Below, piece by piece: positions 52,081 through 61,217 of a DNA stretch of 64,000 nucleotides. The stretch is from assembly GCA_001786765.1 (NCBI GenBank), contig MFTH01000010.1, forward strand, positions 34,105 through 98,104. Reading direction: 5' to 3'. The translations under genes were made by a program, and so were the position numbers. Source of the DNA: Candidatus Nomurabacteria bacterium RIFCSPHIGHO2_01_FULL_37_25 (GTDB lineage: Bacteria > Patescibacteriota > Minisyncoccia > Phycocordibacterales > UBA9973). The notes under the pieces are model-generated. The model was given only the letters and a program-made list of their open reading frames with translations, was not told the DNA's origin and did not search any database. Positions within the stretch are counted from its first letter, which is position 1. Each line of letters opens with the position of its first letter.

Positions 52081-52108
52081 AAGATTCTAGCATATGCGGA
52101 AATCTTAG
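52078..52108. repeat. Palindromic flank upstream of the PaaX-like gene
   Basis: CATAAGATTCTAGCATATGCGGAAATCTTAG, overlapping the first ATG. Confidence 0.85.
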
Positions 52109-52141
52109 GTAAATAATGCCTCCTTTTTATAGCTCATATGG

Positions 52142-52232
52142 AGGGCAGGGGCTTGCGCCCCTGCCCTAGAGAGGAAGGGGAAAGTCGATTGAATGGGCTA
52201 GGGGGGTCAGCAACTATTGTTGCTGACCCCCC
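52142..52232. other. Two strong GC-rich hairpins upstream of thrS
   Basis: AGGGCAGGGG/CCCCTGCCCT and GGGGGGTCAGCAAC/GTTGCTGACCCCCC. Confidence 0.7.
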
Positions 52233-52294
52233 CCTCCCAAAATATTATTAACAAAAAATAGATAATGTGTGATATTATAAATAACATAAATTAT

Positions 52295-54043
52295 ATGAAC
52301 GAAAATAATAAACTGCAAAATTTAAGACATACTTTAGCCCACTTACTCGCCGCATCTATAAGGGCAATTTATAAAGATTCTCAAAATGCCATTGGTCCGG
52401 CCATAGACGATGGCTTTTATCAGGATTTTGAGTTGGTTGAACCAATTTCCGAAAATGATTTACCAAAAATAGAGAAAAAAATGCGAGAGCTTTTGAAAAA
52501 GTGGAACGCTTTTGAAAAACGAGAAGTAACCCCGCAAGAAGCAAAAAAAGAGTTTGCTTGGAATAAATACAAAGTTGAATTAATTGAAGAATTTGCAAAA
52601 GACGGGAAAAATCTGACTTTCTACACTTGTGGTGATTTTATAGATTTGTGCAAAGGAGGACATTTAGAAAATCCTAGTAAAGAACTTCCGTTTGACGCTT
52701 TCAAACTAGACCGTGTGGCCGGAGCTTACTGGCGTGGAGATGAAAAGAATAAAATGCTTACGCGTATTTATGGTTTAGCCTTTGAAACCAAAGAAGAATT
52801 AGACGCATACATAATGCAAAGAATAGAAGCAGAGAAAAGAGACCACAGAGAGTTGGGCAAAAAATTAGAATTATTCACTTTTGATGAAGAGGTCGGGAAG
52901 GGTCTGCCTATTTGGTTGCCAAAGGGAAATATAATTAAAGAAGAATTAGAAAATTGGGCAAAAGAGACAGAAAAAAAATGGAATTACCAAAGAGTCACGA
53001 CCCCAATAATCACAAAAGAAAATTTGTTTTACACCTCTGGGCATTTGCCTTTATACAAAGAAAGCATGTATGCGCCTATATCTATCGAAGAAGAAAATTA
53101 CTATATAAAACCGATGAATTGTCCTTTTCATCATAAAGTATTTTCTGCCCTTCCCAGAAGTTATAAAGATTTGCCTCTTCGTCTGGCAGAATACGGATGG
53201 TGTCATAGATATGAAGATTCTGGAAGTCTTTTTGGGCTGATGAGAGTGCGTGGAATGCAAATGAATGATGCTCACATATATACAACACAAGAGCAAGCGA
53301 TAAATGAATTTGTGGATGTAATAAGATTGCACGAATATTATTACAAAGTGCTTGATATAGATAAATATGAGATGGAATTGGCTTTGCGAGATCCAAAAAA
53401 AATAGATAAATATCATGGCGAAGAAAAAGATTGGAAAATGGCAGAAGAAATGACAATAAAAGCTATGGAACTCTCAGGAGTGCCGTTTAAGATAGTCCAT
53501 GAAGGAGCCGCCTTTTACGGACCAAAAATGGATTTCCAAATATATTCTTCTATCGGCAGATCTTTCACTGCTTCAACAAATCAATTAGATTTATACATGG
53601 GTAAAAGATTCAAGTTAGAATATACAGACAAAGATGGGTCTAGAAAAACACCATTTATAATACACCGAGCTCCGCTTGGAACCCACGAAAGATTTATTGG
53701 ATTTTTAATAGAACACTTTGGCGGCGCCTTCCCTCTTTGGCTTTCGCCTGTACAGGTCAAGGTCATACCCGTGCGGGAAAATCATAATGAATACGCGAGA
53801 AAAATTTTTGAATCATTAAGAGAAAATAATATCCGCGTAGAACTTGACGAAGGAGACCAAAACCTAGGCACGAAAGTTCGTGACGCTAAAAATAACAAGC
53901 TACCCTACTGGATAGTCGTCGGTGATAAAGAAATTGAAGCGAATAAAATAACTTTAGAATCACGCGATTCCGGTCAGCTTGGGCAAATGAGTCGCGAAGA
54001 ACTCATAAAAAAACTTTTGGAAGAAATAAAGAATAAAAAATAA
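52295..54043 (+). CDS. thrS: Threonyl-tRNA synthetase (no N-terminal TGS)
   Basis: RHTLAH, DLCKGGH, KPMNCP, HRA.LG..ERF. Confidence 0.97.
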   Translation: MNENNKLQNLRHTLAHLLAASIRAIYKDSQNAIGPAIDDGFYQDFELVEPISENDLPKIEKKMRELLKKWNAFEKREVTPQEAKKEFAWNKYKVELIEEFAKDGKNLTFYTCGDFIDLCKGGHLENPSKELPFDAFKLDRVAGAYWRGDEKNKMLTRIYGLAFETKEELDAYIMQRIEAEKRDHRELGKKLELFTFDEEVGKGLPIWLPKGNIIKEELENWAKETEKKWNYQRVTTPIITKENLFYTSGHLPLYKESMYAPISIEEENYYIKPMNCPFHHKVFSALPRSYKDLPLRLAEYGWCHRYEDSGSLFGLMRVRGMQMNDAHIYTTQEQAINEFVDVIRLHEYYYKVLDIDKYEMELALRDPKKIDKYHGEEKDWKMAEEMTIKAMELSGVPFKIVHEGAAFYGPKMDFQIYSSIGRSFTASTNQLDLYMGKRFKLEYTDKDGSRKTPFIIHRAPLGTHERFIGFLIEHFGGAFPLWLSPVQVKVIPVRENHNEYARKIFESLRENNIRVELDEGDQNLGTKVRDAKNNKLPYWIVVGDKEIEANKITLESRDSGQLGQMSREELIKKLLEEIKNKK

Positions 54044-54050
54044 CCTAGTT

Positions 54051-54187
54051 TGAATTACGAAACTCTTACTTGGCATATCTTTTTCTAGGGTACAGATTTT
54101 TTGAAGCTTAAAAAATCTTGAAGTTTGCTCGCCGTCGCTCGCAAAACCCCCTAAAAAAGACATGCCTGCGACAAGTTTCGTAATTCA
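54051..54187. mobile_element. 137-bp foldback element, copy 3 (inverted, diverged)
   Basis: Same TIR and length, opposite orientation. Confidence 0.85.
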
Positions 54188-54200
54188 AAGTTAATTAGTA

Positions 54201-54340
54201 TAAATTCCAAAAAAACTCGTCGCAGGTGTAGTTTTTGGTAGACATTGCGCAGGCTGACGAGCCGAGCATAGCAAATTTTCAGCAGAAAATTATGCGTGTC
54301 TAACAAAAATTATACCGAGAAAGAGTTTTTTTGGAATTTA
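54201..54340. mobile_element. Related 140-bp foldback element containing the DUF475 stop
   Basis: 18-bp TIR TAAATTCCAAAAAAACTC; GGCTGACGAGCCGAG core. Confidence 0.8.
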
Positions 54341-55249
54341 CAAACTTAAAGCCATTTTTGATTTCCAAAAAAAGAAAGCAATTATGAACATTGTCATAAG
54401 CGGAGATAAATATTCTGGAATATGAAAATCAAAACTATGCAATATCATAATAATACCTAGCACCAATATAGAATACATCGCGCCATTTTTTAAATAAACA
54501 TATTTTTTAATTCGTTCTATATTGCTGATGGTGACCTGTCGCACCAATAACGCGCCAAAACCATTTCCAATTAAAATCAAAGGCACAGAGAGAGTAAAAG
54601 CAAAAGCGCCGAGCACTCCGTCAATAGAAAAAGTGGTATCAATTATTTCTAAAAAGAAAAGTTTGCTCAAATCCGAATGCGCGCTACCAAGCAATTTCCT
54701 TTCCTGTTCTTCGGCATTTTGTTTGAAACCATGAGTAATAAAAAATAAACTTGAGCCGACGACAGCTCCAAAGCCCATTATGTTACTCTCTTTGAGCGCA
54801 AACCAAGAAATAATTGCAAGTAAAACAGAAACTACAGCATAAAACCAAACTCCTTTTGACATGAAAAATTTCTCTGTCCTCGGTAAACCAAGCTTTTTAT
54901 CTTCTAGAAACAGCCAATGTAAAAATAAAAACAAAAGAAAAACTCCGCCAGCGACGAGCAAAATTGGCGCGGATTTTTCTATGGATTCCAGAACCACAGG
55001 GTCAGAAGACCAAGCCGCTGAAAAAATCTGCATTGGGCTAAGACTTGTGTTAAAAGCCCAAATTATAGCAAAAGGTAAAAGCCCACGAACTAAAAATACC
55101 GCAATAAACATTCCCCAAGTTAGAAACCACCTCCGAGCGCGAGAGCCCATGGTGGAGAGCACCTCGGCATTTATAATAGCATTATCCACAGACGAAACTG
55201 CTTCAAAAAGCGAGAGACCAATGATAGTAATAAGGGCGGAAAATAGCAT
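54338..55249 (-). CDS. DUF475 / TerC-like membrane protein
   Basis: SVDNAIINA, FSIDGVLGAFA, YLKNGAMY. Confidence 0.85.
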   Translation of the reverse strand: MLFSALITIIGLSLFEAVSSVDNAIINAEVLSTMGSRARRWFLTWGMFIAVFLVRGLLPFAIIWAFNTSLSPMQIFSAAWSSDPVVLESIEKSAPILLVAGGVFLLFLFLHWLFLEDKKLGLPRTEKFFMSKGVWFYAVVSVLLAIISWFALKESNIMGFGAVVGSSLFFITHGFKQNAEEQERKLLGSAHSDLSKLFFLEIIDTTFSIDGVLGAFAFTLSVPLILIGNGFGALLVRQVTISNIERIKKYVYLKNGAMYSILVLGIIMILHSFDFHIPEYLSPLMTMFIIAFFFWKSKMALSL

Positions 55250-55284
55250 TTAAATATTAATATATAAATTTTTTGCCAAGATTT

Positions 55285-55462
55285 TTATAAAAACTCTTTT
55301 ATTTTTTCCTGAAAAAAAACCTGCATATCGCTCTTTGACTCTTGCTTTTTAATCCATATAATATTTTCATCGTCTAAATCTTCAGGTGATGTTAATTGCT
55401 CACAAAAAAGCGCATTTATCCCAAACTTTTTTTGTTTCTTGATTTAGAGATTCATAATGCAT
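55285..55462 (-). pseudogene. Probable internally deleted nucleotidyltransferase (AbiEii-like) remnant
   Basis: MHYESLNQETKKVW start joined out of frame to LFCEQL..EDL..KEFL end; follows a DUF6922-like gene. Confidence 0.4.
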
Positions 55463-55466
55463 ATTA

Positions 55467-55709
55467 TTATGATTTAAACATTATATTTGCTAATTTTATT
55501 GCGGAAGGTCTGATAGCTGAAACAGAGATATTGTTGAGTGTTTTTTGAACTTCAGAAACACCATAAAAAGATTTTATCCATCGCCAATGGTCTAAATCCC
55601 CATACGCAATGGTATTTGTAATAATCGTATTCTTCATCGTTTTTGGATCGCATTTTTCAAAATCATATGACCAAAGAATGGAGCGAAATATTTCGGGTAG
55701 CCTTTTCAT
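55467..55709 (-). CDS. DUF6922-like small protein
   Basis: ILWSYD...I...I.YGDL..W.W...YG. Confidence 0.7.
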   Translation of the reverse strand: MKRLPEIFRSILWSYDFEKCDPKTMKNTIITNTIAYGDLDHWRWIKSFYGVSEVQKTLNNISVSAIRPSAIKLANIMFKS

Positions 55710-55747
55710 ACTTGTATATTATAACAACAAATAAGCGGCAAAAATAC

Positions 55748-55952
55748 TTGACTTTTTCATTTTATTGTGCTATACTATAAGGGTAATAAGGTCTTTGAAA
55801 ATATAATATGTTTCGAGTTATTCTTGAGTGGTTCGCCCATCAAGTAGCTAAAGAAATTTAGCTCTTTGCTCGGCGAACGACTCGAAAAATAAATCCATTC
55901 CGACGAAAGTCGGAATACAACATGCGTCTATGAGGCGCAAAGGGAGAAGGAA
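55748..55952 (+). promoter_or_regulatory. sigma70 promoter + boxA-like + structured leader, copy 1
   Basis: TTGACT-17-TATACT with extended TG; GTCTTTGAAAA; stems covary with copy 2. Confidence 0.8.
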
Positions 55953-56672
55953 ATGGAAACCAAGAAAAGACGGCGGAATCCCTGGGGCCCAGTTTTAAAA
56001 AATCCAAAGGCAACACAGGACACTGCAGTTGGGACTGCAGTTCCACCGCCACAGAAGAAACAAAAGATGGTGGAATGGCTGGTGGGGGGGATATTTATTT
56101 TTCTGGTCCTGGTATGCGGATTCTACTTTGAGTTCGCGTACCGAGTCCTGGCTGTAGTTGGGCTCGGGATCACCATGGCTGTACTCATGGTACAGTCTAT
56201 CTTCTCCGAGAAAGAGGTGAGTTTTTGGACCACCTTGGGAAAGGTTGTTGGAAACAACAACTGGATTTACTGGTGGATCTTCTTGTCTGGGATGGCTTGT
56301 CTCCTGATAGGATTTTTCTCAAACAACATTCCGAGAAAAATCTATACGGTGCTTGTCATAATAGACAATCCTGTAAGTCCCGGTAATTGGAGTAAGGCCG
56401 CAGAGAGTCTTACTCTAGAGGACCCTTTTAAAAACAACGACGACAACCCCTTCCTCGCAACAAACGAAGGAACTCAAGGCAGTTCCCTCTTCGCAGGAGA
56501 GGAGGCGAAATGGGGTTTCGCCGGTCTTCAATTCCTCTTGCTGGCTCTGCCAGCAAGGTTCGTCTCTTACTGGGACGAAATGAAGAGGAAGGCGAAAAAA
56601 AAGGAGAAGGGCCAGAGCTGGATTAGCTGGTTCTTCAGCCACGTCCTCTTTGAATTAATCTGGCCTGGGTAG
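55953..56672 (+). CDS. GC-rich hypothetical membrane protein
   Basis: SD-like GGGAG; several TM segments. Confidence 0.75.
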   Translation: METKKRRRNPWGPVLKNPKATQDTAVGTAVPPPQKKQKMVEWLVGGIFIFLVLVCGFYFEFAYRVLAVVGLGITMAVLMVQSIFSEKEVSFWTTLGKVVGNNNWIYWWIFLSGMACLLIGFFSNNIPRKIYTVLVIIDNPVSPGNWSKAAESLTLEDPFKNNDDNPFLATNEGTQGSSLFAGEEAKWGFAGLQFLLLALPARFVSYWDEMKRKAKKKEKGQSWISWFFSHVLFELIWPG

Positions 56673-56693
56673 GTAATAGAGGAGACCAAAAAT

Positions 56694-57206
56694 ATGCCGA
56701 GAATCTTCATAATGTTGGTGGTGTTGGTGCTTTCAATTTACTCTTTTGGATGCGGGGGGGAGAATAAGTATGAAAAGACCATAAGTTCTGCTGAAAAGCA
56801 GGACAGGGATAGCCCCCCTGCAAATTATGAAGAGGCGCAAAAACGCTTCAACCAAGTAGCCAAGTATCTTGACTACTTGGAGAAGCATCCGGAGAGTTCT
56901 TCCCCAGAACTCACAGCAAGGGCAAAGGCCCTGCTGGATAGCCGTAAAGCGGCGGCTATGGCTAAAGGATGGAATGTCGCCGCCGGAGCGCTAGAGAAGG
57001 TAGTGCAAAAGGCGAAGGAAGTGGCGAAGGAAGTGCTGGGCACCATTGGCGTCACAGACCTACCCAGCGCTGCCAAAAAGGTCGAGGAGGCAAGAGATTG
57101 GGTCCTTAGGGACCCGGAAAGAGAAGAACAGTTCTCCTGCAAGGATATCGACGGTAACCCCGTCGACGTCACGAAGGAAGGTTTTGCCCATCTCTGCGTA
57201 AGGTAG
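56694..57206 (+). CDS. Putative lipoprotein
   Basis: SD AGGAG; signal peptide ending SFGC (lipobox-like). Confidence 0.7.
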   Translation: MPRIFIMLVVLVLSIYSFGCGGENKYEKTISSAEKQDRDSPPANYEEAQKRFNQVAKYLDYLEKHPESSSPELTARAKALLDSRKAAAMAKGWNVAAGALEKVVQKAKEVAKEVLGTIGVTDLPSAAKKVEEARDWVLRDPEREEQFSCKDIDGNPVDVTKEGFAHLCVR

Positions 57207-57263
57207 AAAGGAGGAAAAAACTTACGCAGGTGGGGAGGGTGCGCGACCCTATAACGCGCAAAT

Positions 57264-57298
57264 TGGGCGGACTCAGAAATGAGTACCGCCCTTTTTTT
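57264..57298 (+). terminator. Intrinsic terminator
   Basis: GGGCGG..ACTCA/TGAGT..CCGCCC + T7. Confidence 0.75.
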
Positions 57299-57350
57299 AT
57301 TTTAATATTATAAAATAAGGATAAAATAGCTTTTTTGTCAAGATTAAACC

Positions 57351-57556
57351 TTGACTTTTTCATTTTATTGTGCTATACTATAAAGGTAATCAGGTCTTTG
57401 AAAATATAATATGTTCTGAGTCATTCTTGAGCAGTTTGCCTATCAAGTAGCTAAAGAGATTTGGCTCTTTGCTTGGCAAACGAGCTCAAGGAATGGAAAC
57501 TTCTCTGGTGAAAGCCAGAGTACAAATGCGTCATCTTGACGCGAAAGGAGTCCACA
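57351..57556 (+). promoter_or_regulatory. sigma70 promoter + boxA-like + structured leader, copy 2
   Basis: Promoter identical to copy 1; compensatory stem changes; SD AAAGGAG. Confidence 0.8.
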
Positions 57557-58654
57557 ATGTGGACATTGATTATTTTATTAGCGGCCAGTTACTGGGCATC
57601 CACTGGGATACCCGGGTGGCCGTTGTCAACATGGCAGACGTCCCTGGTGGCGGGAGCCCTATATGGGCTCTATCGACTGGCGTGCTGGATGCAGTGGATT
57701 GATGGTGGCCATCATACCACCACACCAGTTAGCACCGCCGCCGGACACAGTGGAGGAAGTGGTGGTATGTGGGGAGGGATACCAAAGCTAGGACTTTGGT
57801 ACGTTCTCACAACCGCCCTAATGATGATAGGTACATACATAGTCAACGTGCAAAACGTTGACATGTTTATGTATTTCATAACATTAGGGGGACGGTCGTG
57901 GATTTATCCTTTATCCACAACGGATGCTATCCTCTGGACGTCTACCCTGGCTCTCATGTCAGCGGTCGCCTGGCTAGCAGTGGAGGGGAGATGGCGACCG
58001 GCTGGATGGATATTCGGGATAACCTTTATAACTCTCCTTGTTTTTAGGGAGTTCGGTCCGTTCTTCGAGGCGATCCGGCCGATCCCGAGCTCCGGTCCTG
58101 TCACGCCGGGCATCGGCGAAAGTCAAGAGAGGGCGGACCTGAACGCCGCCCTAGTCAAGCGAGGAGCGCTCCCCGTAGCGGGGGAGGTGGTGGCCAAGTT
58201 TGGGTTCGGGGAGGTAGACCCAAAGGAAGGTTTCCTCCTCGGCCTGGTTTCCCGAGGGTGGGTGTGGTGGATGGGCGCACCCACCTACGACCCCAAGAAG
58301 GGGGCAGTCCTGGGGAGATTGTATCAGTTTTGGGAATGGGCGGCTGGAGAAAGCCCACTCCCATCTCGCGCGCCGGCGGTAGTGTTTTCCCCCACCCCTG
58401 CGCCGGCGGGACCGCTGAGAAGCTGTTCCGTCCCCTGCGAGATGTGGGTGGATTGGGAGGAGGACATCAAAACGGGTGGGCGAGACGTTTTGGTCCTCTT
58501 CCACGGAAAGGAGGAATGGTTCCGCCTTTCCGGAGGGAATGAAAAGGATATCCCCAGGGAGGTTTTCTCCCCCGGCAAGGCAAAGTTTGCTTTGCCGGAC
58601 GACGGCGACGACGCGTCGCCCATAATGGTAAAAATTTTCGCGGCGAAAAAATAA
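57557..58654 (+). CDS. GC-rich, Trp-rich hypothetical membrane protein
   Basis: ATG 57557 after AAAGGAG; multiple TMs. Confidence 0.75.
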   Translation: MWTLIILLAASYWASTGIPGWPLSTWQTSLVAGALYGLYRLACWMQWIDGGHHTTTPVSTAAGHSGGSGGMWGGIPKLGLWYVLTTALMMIGTYIVNVQNVDMFMYFITLGGRSWIYPLSTTDAILWTSTLALMSAVAWLAVEGRWRPAGWIFGITFITLLVFREFGPFFEAIRPIPSSGPVTPGIGESQERADLNAALVKRGALPVAGEVVAKFGFGEVDPKEGFLLGLVSRGWVWWMGAPTYDPKKGAVLGRLYQFWEWAAGESPLPSRAPAVVFSPTPAPAGPLRSCSVPCEMWVDWEEDIKTGGRDVLVLFHGKEEWFRLSGGNEKDIPREVFSPGKAKFALPDDGDDASPIMVKIFAAKK

Positions 58655-58735
58655 AAATTTTTACCGCGAGCGCCTGACCAGCGCAAACGAGGTCAGAAAG
58701 GAGAAAGGCCACAATCGCGTCTGGCCAACGCACAC

Positions 58736-58764
58736 AAAAGGGCGTCTCAACGAGACGCCCTTTT
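58736..58764. terminator. Bidirectional terminator
   Basis: AAAAGGGCGTCTC-AAC-GAGACGCCCTTTT. Confidence 0.8.
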
Positions 58765-58783
58765 CTATTTTTACTAAACAGAA

Positions 58784-59107
58784 TTATGGATAATCAGGTA
58801 AATCTACTATCCCTTGTTCAGGATCTATCCCTTCTATGTTTGGGAAGGTGCTCAATATAACTCCAAGAATAGTCCAGACACCCATCATGATAGTCAATCC
58901 GACAACACCCCAAAGCATATGGCTCTTCCCGGTTGTCTTTTTCTCGTCATTACTCTGATTGTTAATGAATTGAAACATACCGAAAAGAAAATACGCCAAC
59001 GCTAAAGCGAAGAGCAACAGAATAAGCGGGTTTATAATTTCTCTATTAACATTCGCTATAAAACTATTCACGCTCGCATAAGCTATCTTTGTTTCAAATA
59101 AATCCAT
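58784..59107 (-). CDS. VirB2/TrbC-like pilin
   Basis: Two TMs around KKTTGK..MLWG. Confidence 0.7.
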   Translation of the reverse strand: MDLFETKIAYASVNSFIANVNREIINPLILLLFALALAYFLFGMFQFINNQSNDEKKTTGKSHMLWGVVGLTIMMGVWTILGVILSTFPNIEGIDPEQGIVDLPDYP

Positions 59108-59118
59108 TGATTCTAAAA

Positions 59119-59511
59119 CTAGAAAGGAGTGGTTGGAAAAGTGATAGTTTGAGGATTTGTATCAATTCCAAAAGTGTTTGTTAGAATCTTTACGAGTCCC
59201 CATACGGTAACAATAACAGCCAAGCCAATTATGCCAAATATTATTCTGTCTCGTCCTTTCTTTTTTGCTTCTGCATCATCTCCAATAACATAAGAAATTA
59301 CTCCCCATACAAAGTAAATGACCCCTAAGATAATTATAATAGGAACAATTTGAGTAAAAAGTTGAGCTATCTTACATAAGATAGCTTCAATTGTGCCTGT
59401 ACCCACACTAGCACAATTAGTAGAAGTACCCCCCGTCGTCACCTGCGCCAATGCCATAACAGGCGCTAGACCTAAAACAAAACCCGACAAAACAATTAAT
59501 TTCTTTTTCAT
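59119..59511 (-). CDS. VirB2/TrbC-like pilin
   Basis: Signal ending ALA; FVWG...AKKKGRDRIIFGIIGL. Confidence 0.75.
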   Translation of the reverse strand: MKKKLIVLSGFVLGLAPVMALAQVTTGGTSTNCASVGTGTIEAILCKIAQLFTQIVPIIIILGVIYFVWGVISYVIGDDAEAKKKGRDRIIFGIIGLAVIVTVWGLVKILTNTFGIDTNPQTITFPTTPF

Positions 59512-59612
59512 CCCGTTTAGAAATTATGATATCCGTACATTACCTTTAGGTATATAAAGAAACACAATTCTTACTTTTATAATTTCTCCCGTTTTCTAAA
59601 TTTCTAACGGGA
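59511..59612. mobile_element. Start-codon element at a pilin gene
   Basis: TCCCGTTTAGAAAT / ATTTCTAACGGGA; TSD TTCA at 59507-59510 and 59613-59616. Confidence 0.88.
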
Positions 59613-59726
59613 TTCAAAACGACTTTGATAATAATTAATAATACTTAATAAAGAACTACCATGCTATTGTACCACAAACAGTATCAAAAAAGAAAGCAAG
59701 CCCCGTCTGAATAAAGACGCTGAAAG

Positions 59727-60302
59727 TTATGGGGGTGGTGTCTTAACTTGTGGAATAAAACTAGTGTTAATCCCAAAGGTAGTACCTAGTATTTCAACCA
59801 ACCCCCAAACGGAAACCATCACCGTCAAAGCAATCAACCCCCAAAGCATAAATTGCTTGCCTTTTTGCTTTTTCGCCTCTTCGTCGCTTTTGATAACATA
59901 CTGCACCACACCCCAGACAAACATCACCATCGCTAAAGCGAAAATAAGAGGAATGATAGCGTTGTTAATAATGGTGGTGATATAACACACAAGGTCTTGA
60001 AATCTCGGATAGGGACCAAGAGTTTGGCAAGTGTCTATGGGCTCAAAGACGGGCCCAGTTGCATTTGTAAGCCCGAAAGTTTCAGCAATAATGCTTACAA
60101 GTCCCCATACAGACACAATAACAGTCAAGCCAATGATGCCATATATTATTCTATCTCTCCCTTTCTTTTTTGCTTCATCACCGCCCCCTATAACATACTG
60201 CACCACGCCCCAGACAAAATAGACCACTCCTAAAGCAACCAAAACAGGAATGATTGAACTAAGAATATTATACGCCTCAAATATTAAATCCTCTATGGTC
60301 AT
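59727..60302 (-). CDS. Two-domain VirB2/TrbC-like pilin
   Basis: Duplicated FVWGVVQYVI...EAKK.KG...VSVWGLV unit. Confidence 0.75.
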   Translation of the reverse strand: MTIEDLIFEAYNILSSIIPVLVALGVVYFVWGVVQYVIGGGDEAKKKGRDRIIYGIIGLTVIVSVWGLVSIIAETFGLTNATGPVFEPIDTCQTLGPYPRFQDLVCYITTIINNAIIPLIFALAMVMFVWGVVQYVIKSDEEAKKQKGKQFMLWGLIALTVMVSVWGLVEILGTTFGINTSFIPQVKTPPP

Positions 60303-60320
60303 GATTTTAATTCTTAAATT

Positions 60321-60731
60321 TTACGGTCCAAGCTCGGTAACGGTAGCTGATATGAGTTCTGCGATAGCCCACGACCCTAAGAGTATCGCCGCGCCGATCA
60401 AAGTATATAAGAGAGCGTTTTTAGCTTTAGTTAATTTTTCTGAATTGCCCATCGCTGATACAAAAAGAAAACCGCAATAAATGACAGCCAGAGCGACAAT
60501 GGGAATGCCTATTTTTAGCACACCTTCTAAAAGAACCTTGATAAATTCCTGAATGGTATTTGTGCTTATTGGGTTGCAAATTTTATCTTTACAAAGGTCA
60601 GAAGGAGTAGTACCCTGAATAGGTTCAGGAGAAGTAGTCTCTGCAAAAGAAAGAGCTGGCGCCGTAATCAAAAAAGCCATTAAAATTATTCGAAATAAAT
60701 TTTTAGTCAGATTTTTCTTAAAAAAATTCAT
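60321..60731 (-). CDS. VirB2/TrbC-like pilin
   Basis: NPI, GN.EKLTKAK..L.Y.LIG; start probably MNFFKK. Confidence 0.75.
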   Translation of the reverse strand: MNFFKKNLTKNLFRIILMAFLITAPALSFAETTSPEPIQGTTPSDLCKDKICNPISTNTIQEFIKVLLEGVLKIGIPIVALAVIYCGFLFVSAMGNSEKLTKAKNALLYTLIGAAILLGSWAIAELISATVTELGP

Positions 60732-60759
60732 ATTTAGATTACTTATATTATACATCATT

Positions 60760-61170
60760 TCAAAAAAATCTATCAATATCCTTATAACCTAAAATTGATA
60801 GTAAGGTTTTAACAATAAGCCAAGCGGCGGCGGCAAGGACAAGCCCGATAACGGCATTAGTAAAAATATTCTTTGCTTTTCCCCTAGCTTCTGTACTACC
60901 GCCAGAAGTTACGAGTTTAAAACCAGCGTAAAAGAACATTATGGCGGCGATAGGTATAGCCATATAGAAAAGAATAAAATCAATAATATTGTTTATAAGC
61001 TTCATAAAAGCGGTGAAATTGCATGGCTCCGCAATTGTTCCACTATCATCTGGAGTATTATTGCAAGGAACCAACCCTTTTAATGGATCAAAAGCGGCAA
61101 AAGAAATAACAGGCGCCACAAGCATTAAAAACACAGCGAGGGAAATAAAAAATTTTGTTGTTTTTGTCAT
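60760..61170 (-). CDS. VirB2/TrbC-like pilin
   Basis: GLVPC...C, GFKLVTSGG....KAK....AVIGL. Confidence 0.75.
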   Translation of the reverse strand: MTKTTKFFISLAVFLMLVAPVISFAAFDPLKGLVPCNNTPDDSGTIAEPCNFTAFMKLINNIIDFILFYMAIPIAAIMFFYAGFKLVTSGGSTEARGKAKNIFTNAVIGLVLAAAAWLIVKTLLSILGYKDIDRFF

Positions 61171-61217
61171 ATGATTTTATGAAATCATTTTATACAATCG
61201 TCCATTAAAGCGCTACA

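Noticed and set aside
52142-52294. T-box leader for thrS
   Set aside because: No GGTGG.ACC T-box motif, specifier stem or terminator.
55800-55952. c-di-GMP-I riboswitch (GGCAAAC, GAAA and GACGC words)
   Set aside because: Order and spacing do not fit, and GGCAAAC pairs with an upstream strand. Needs cmscan to exclude formally.
55740-58764. Prophage
   Set aside because: No integrase, terminase, structural or replication genes recognised.
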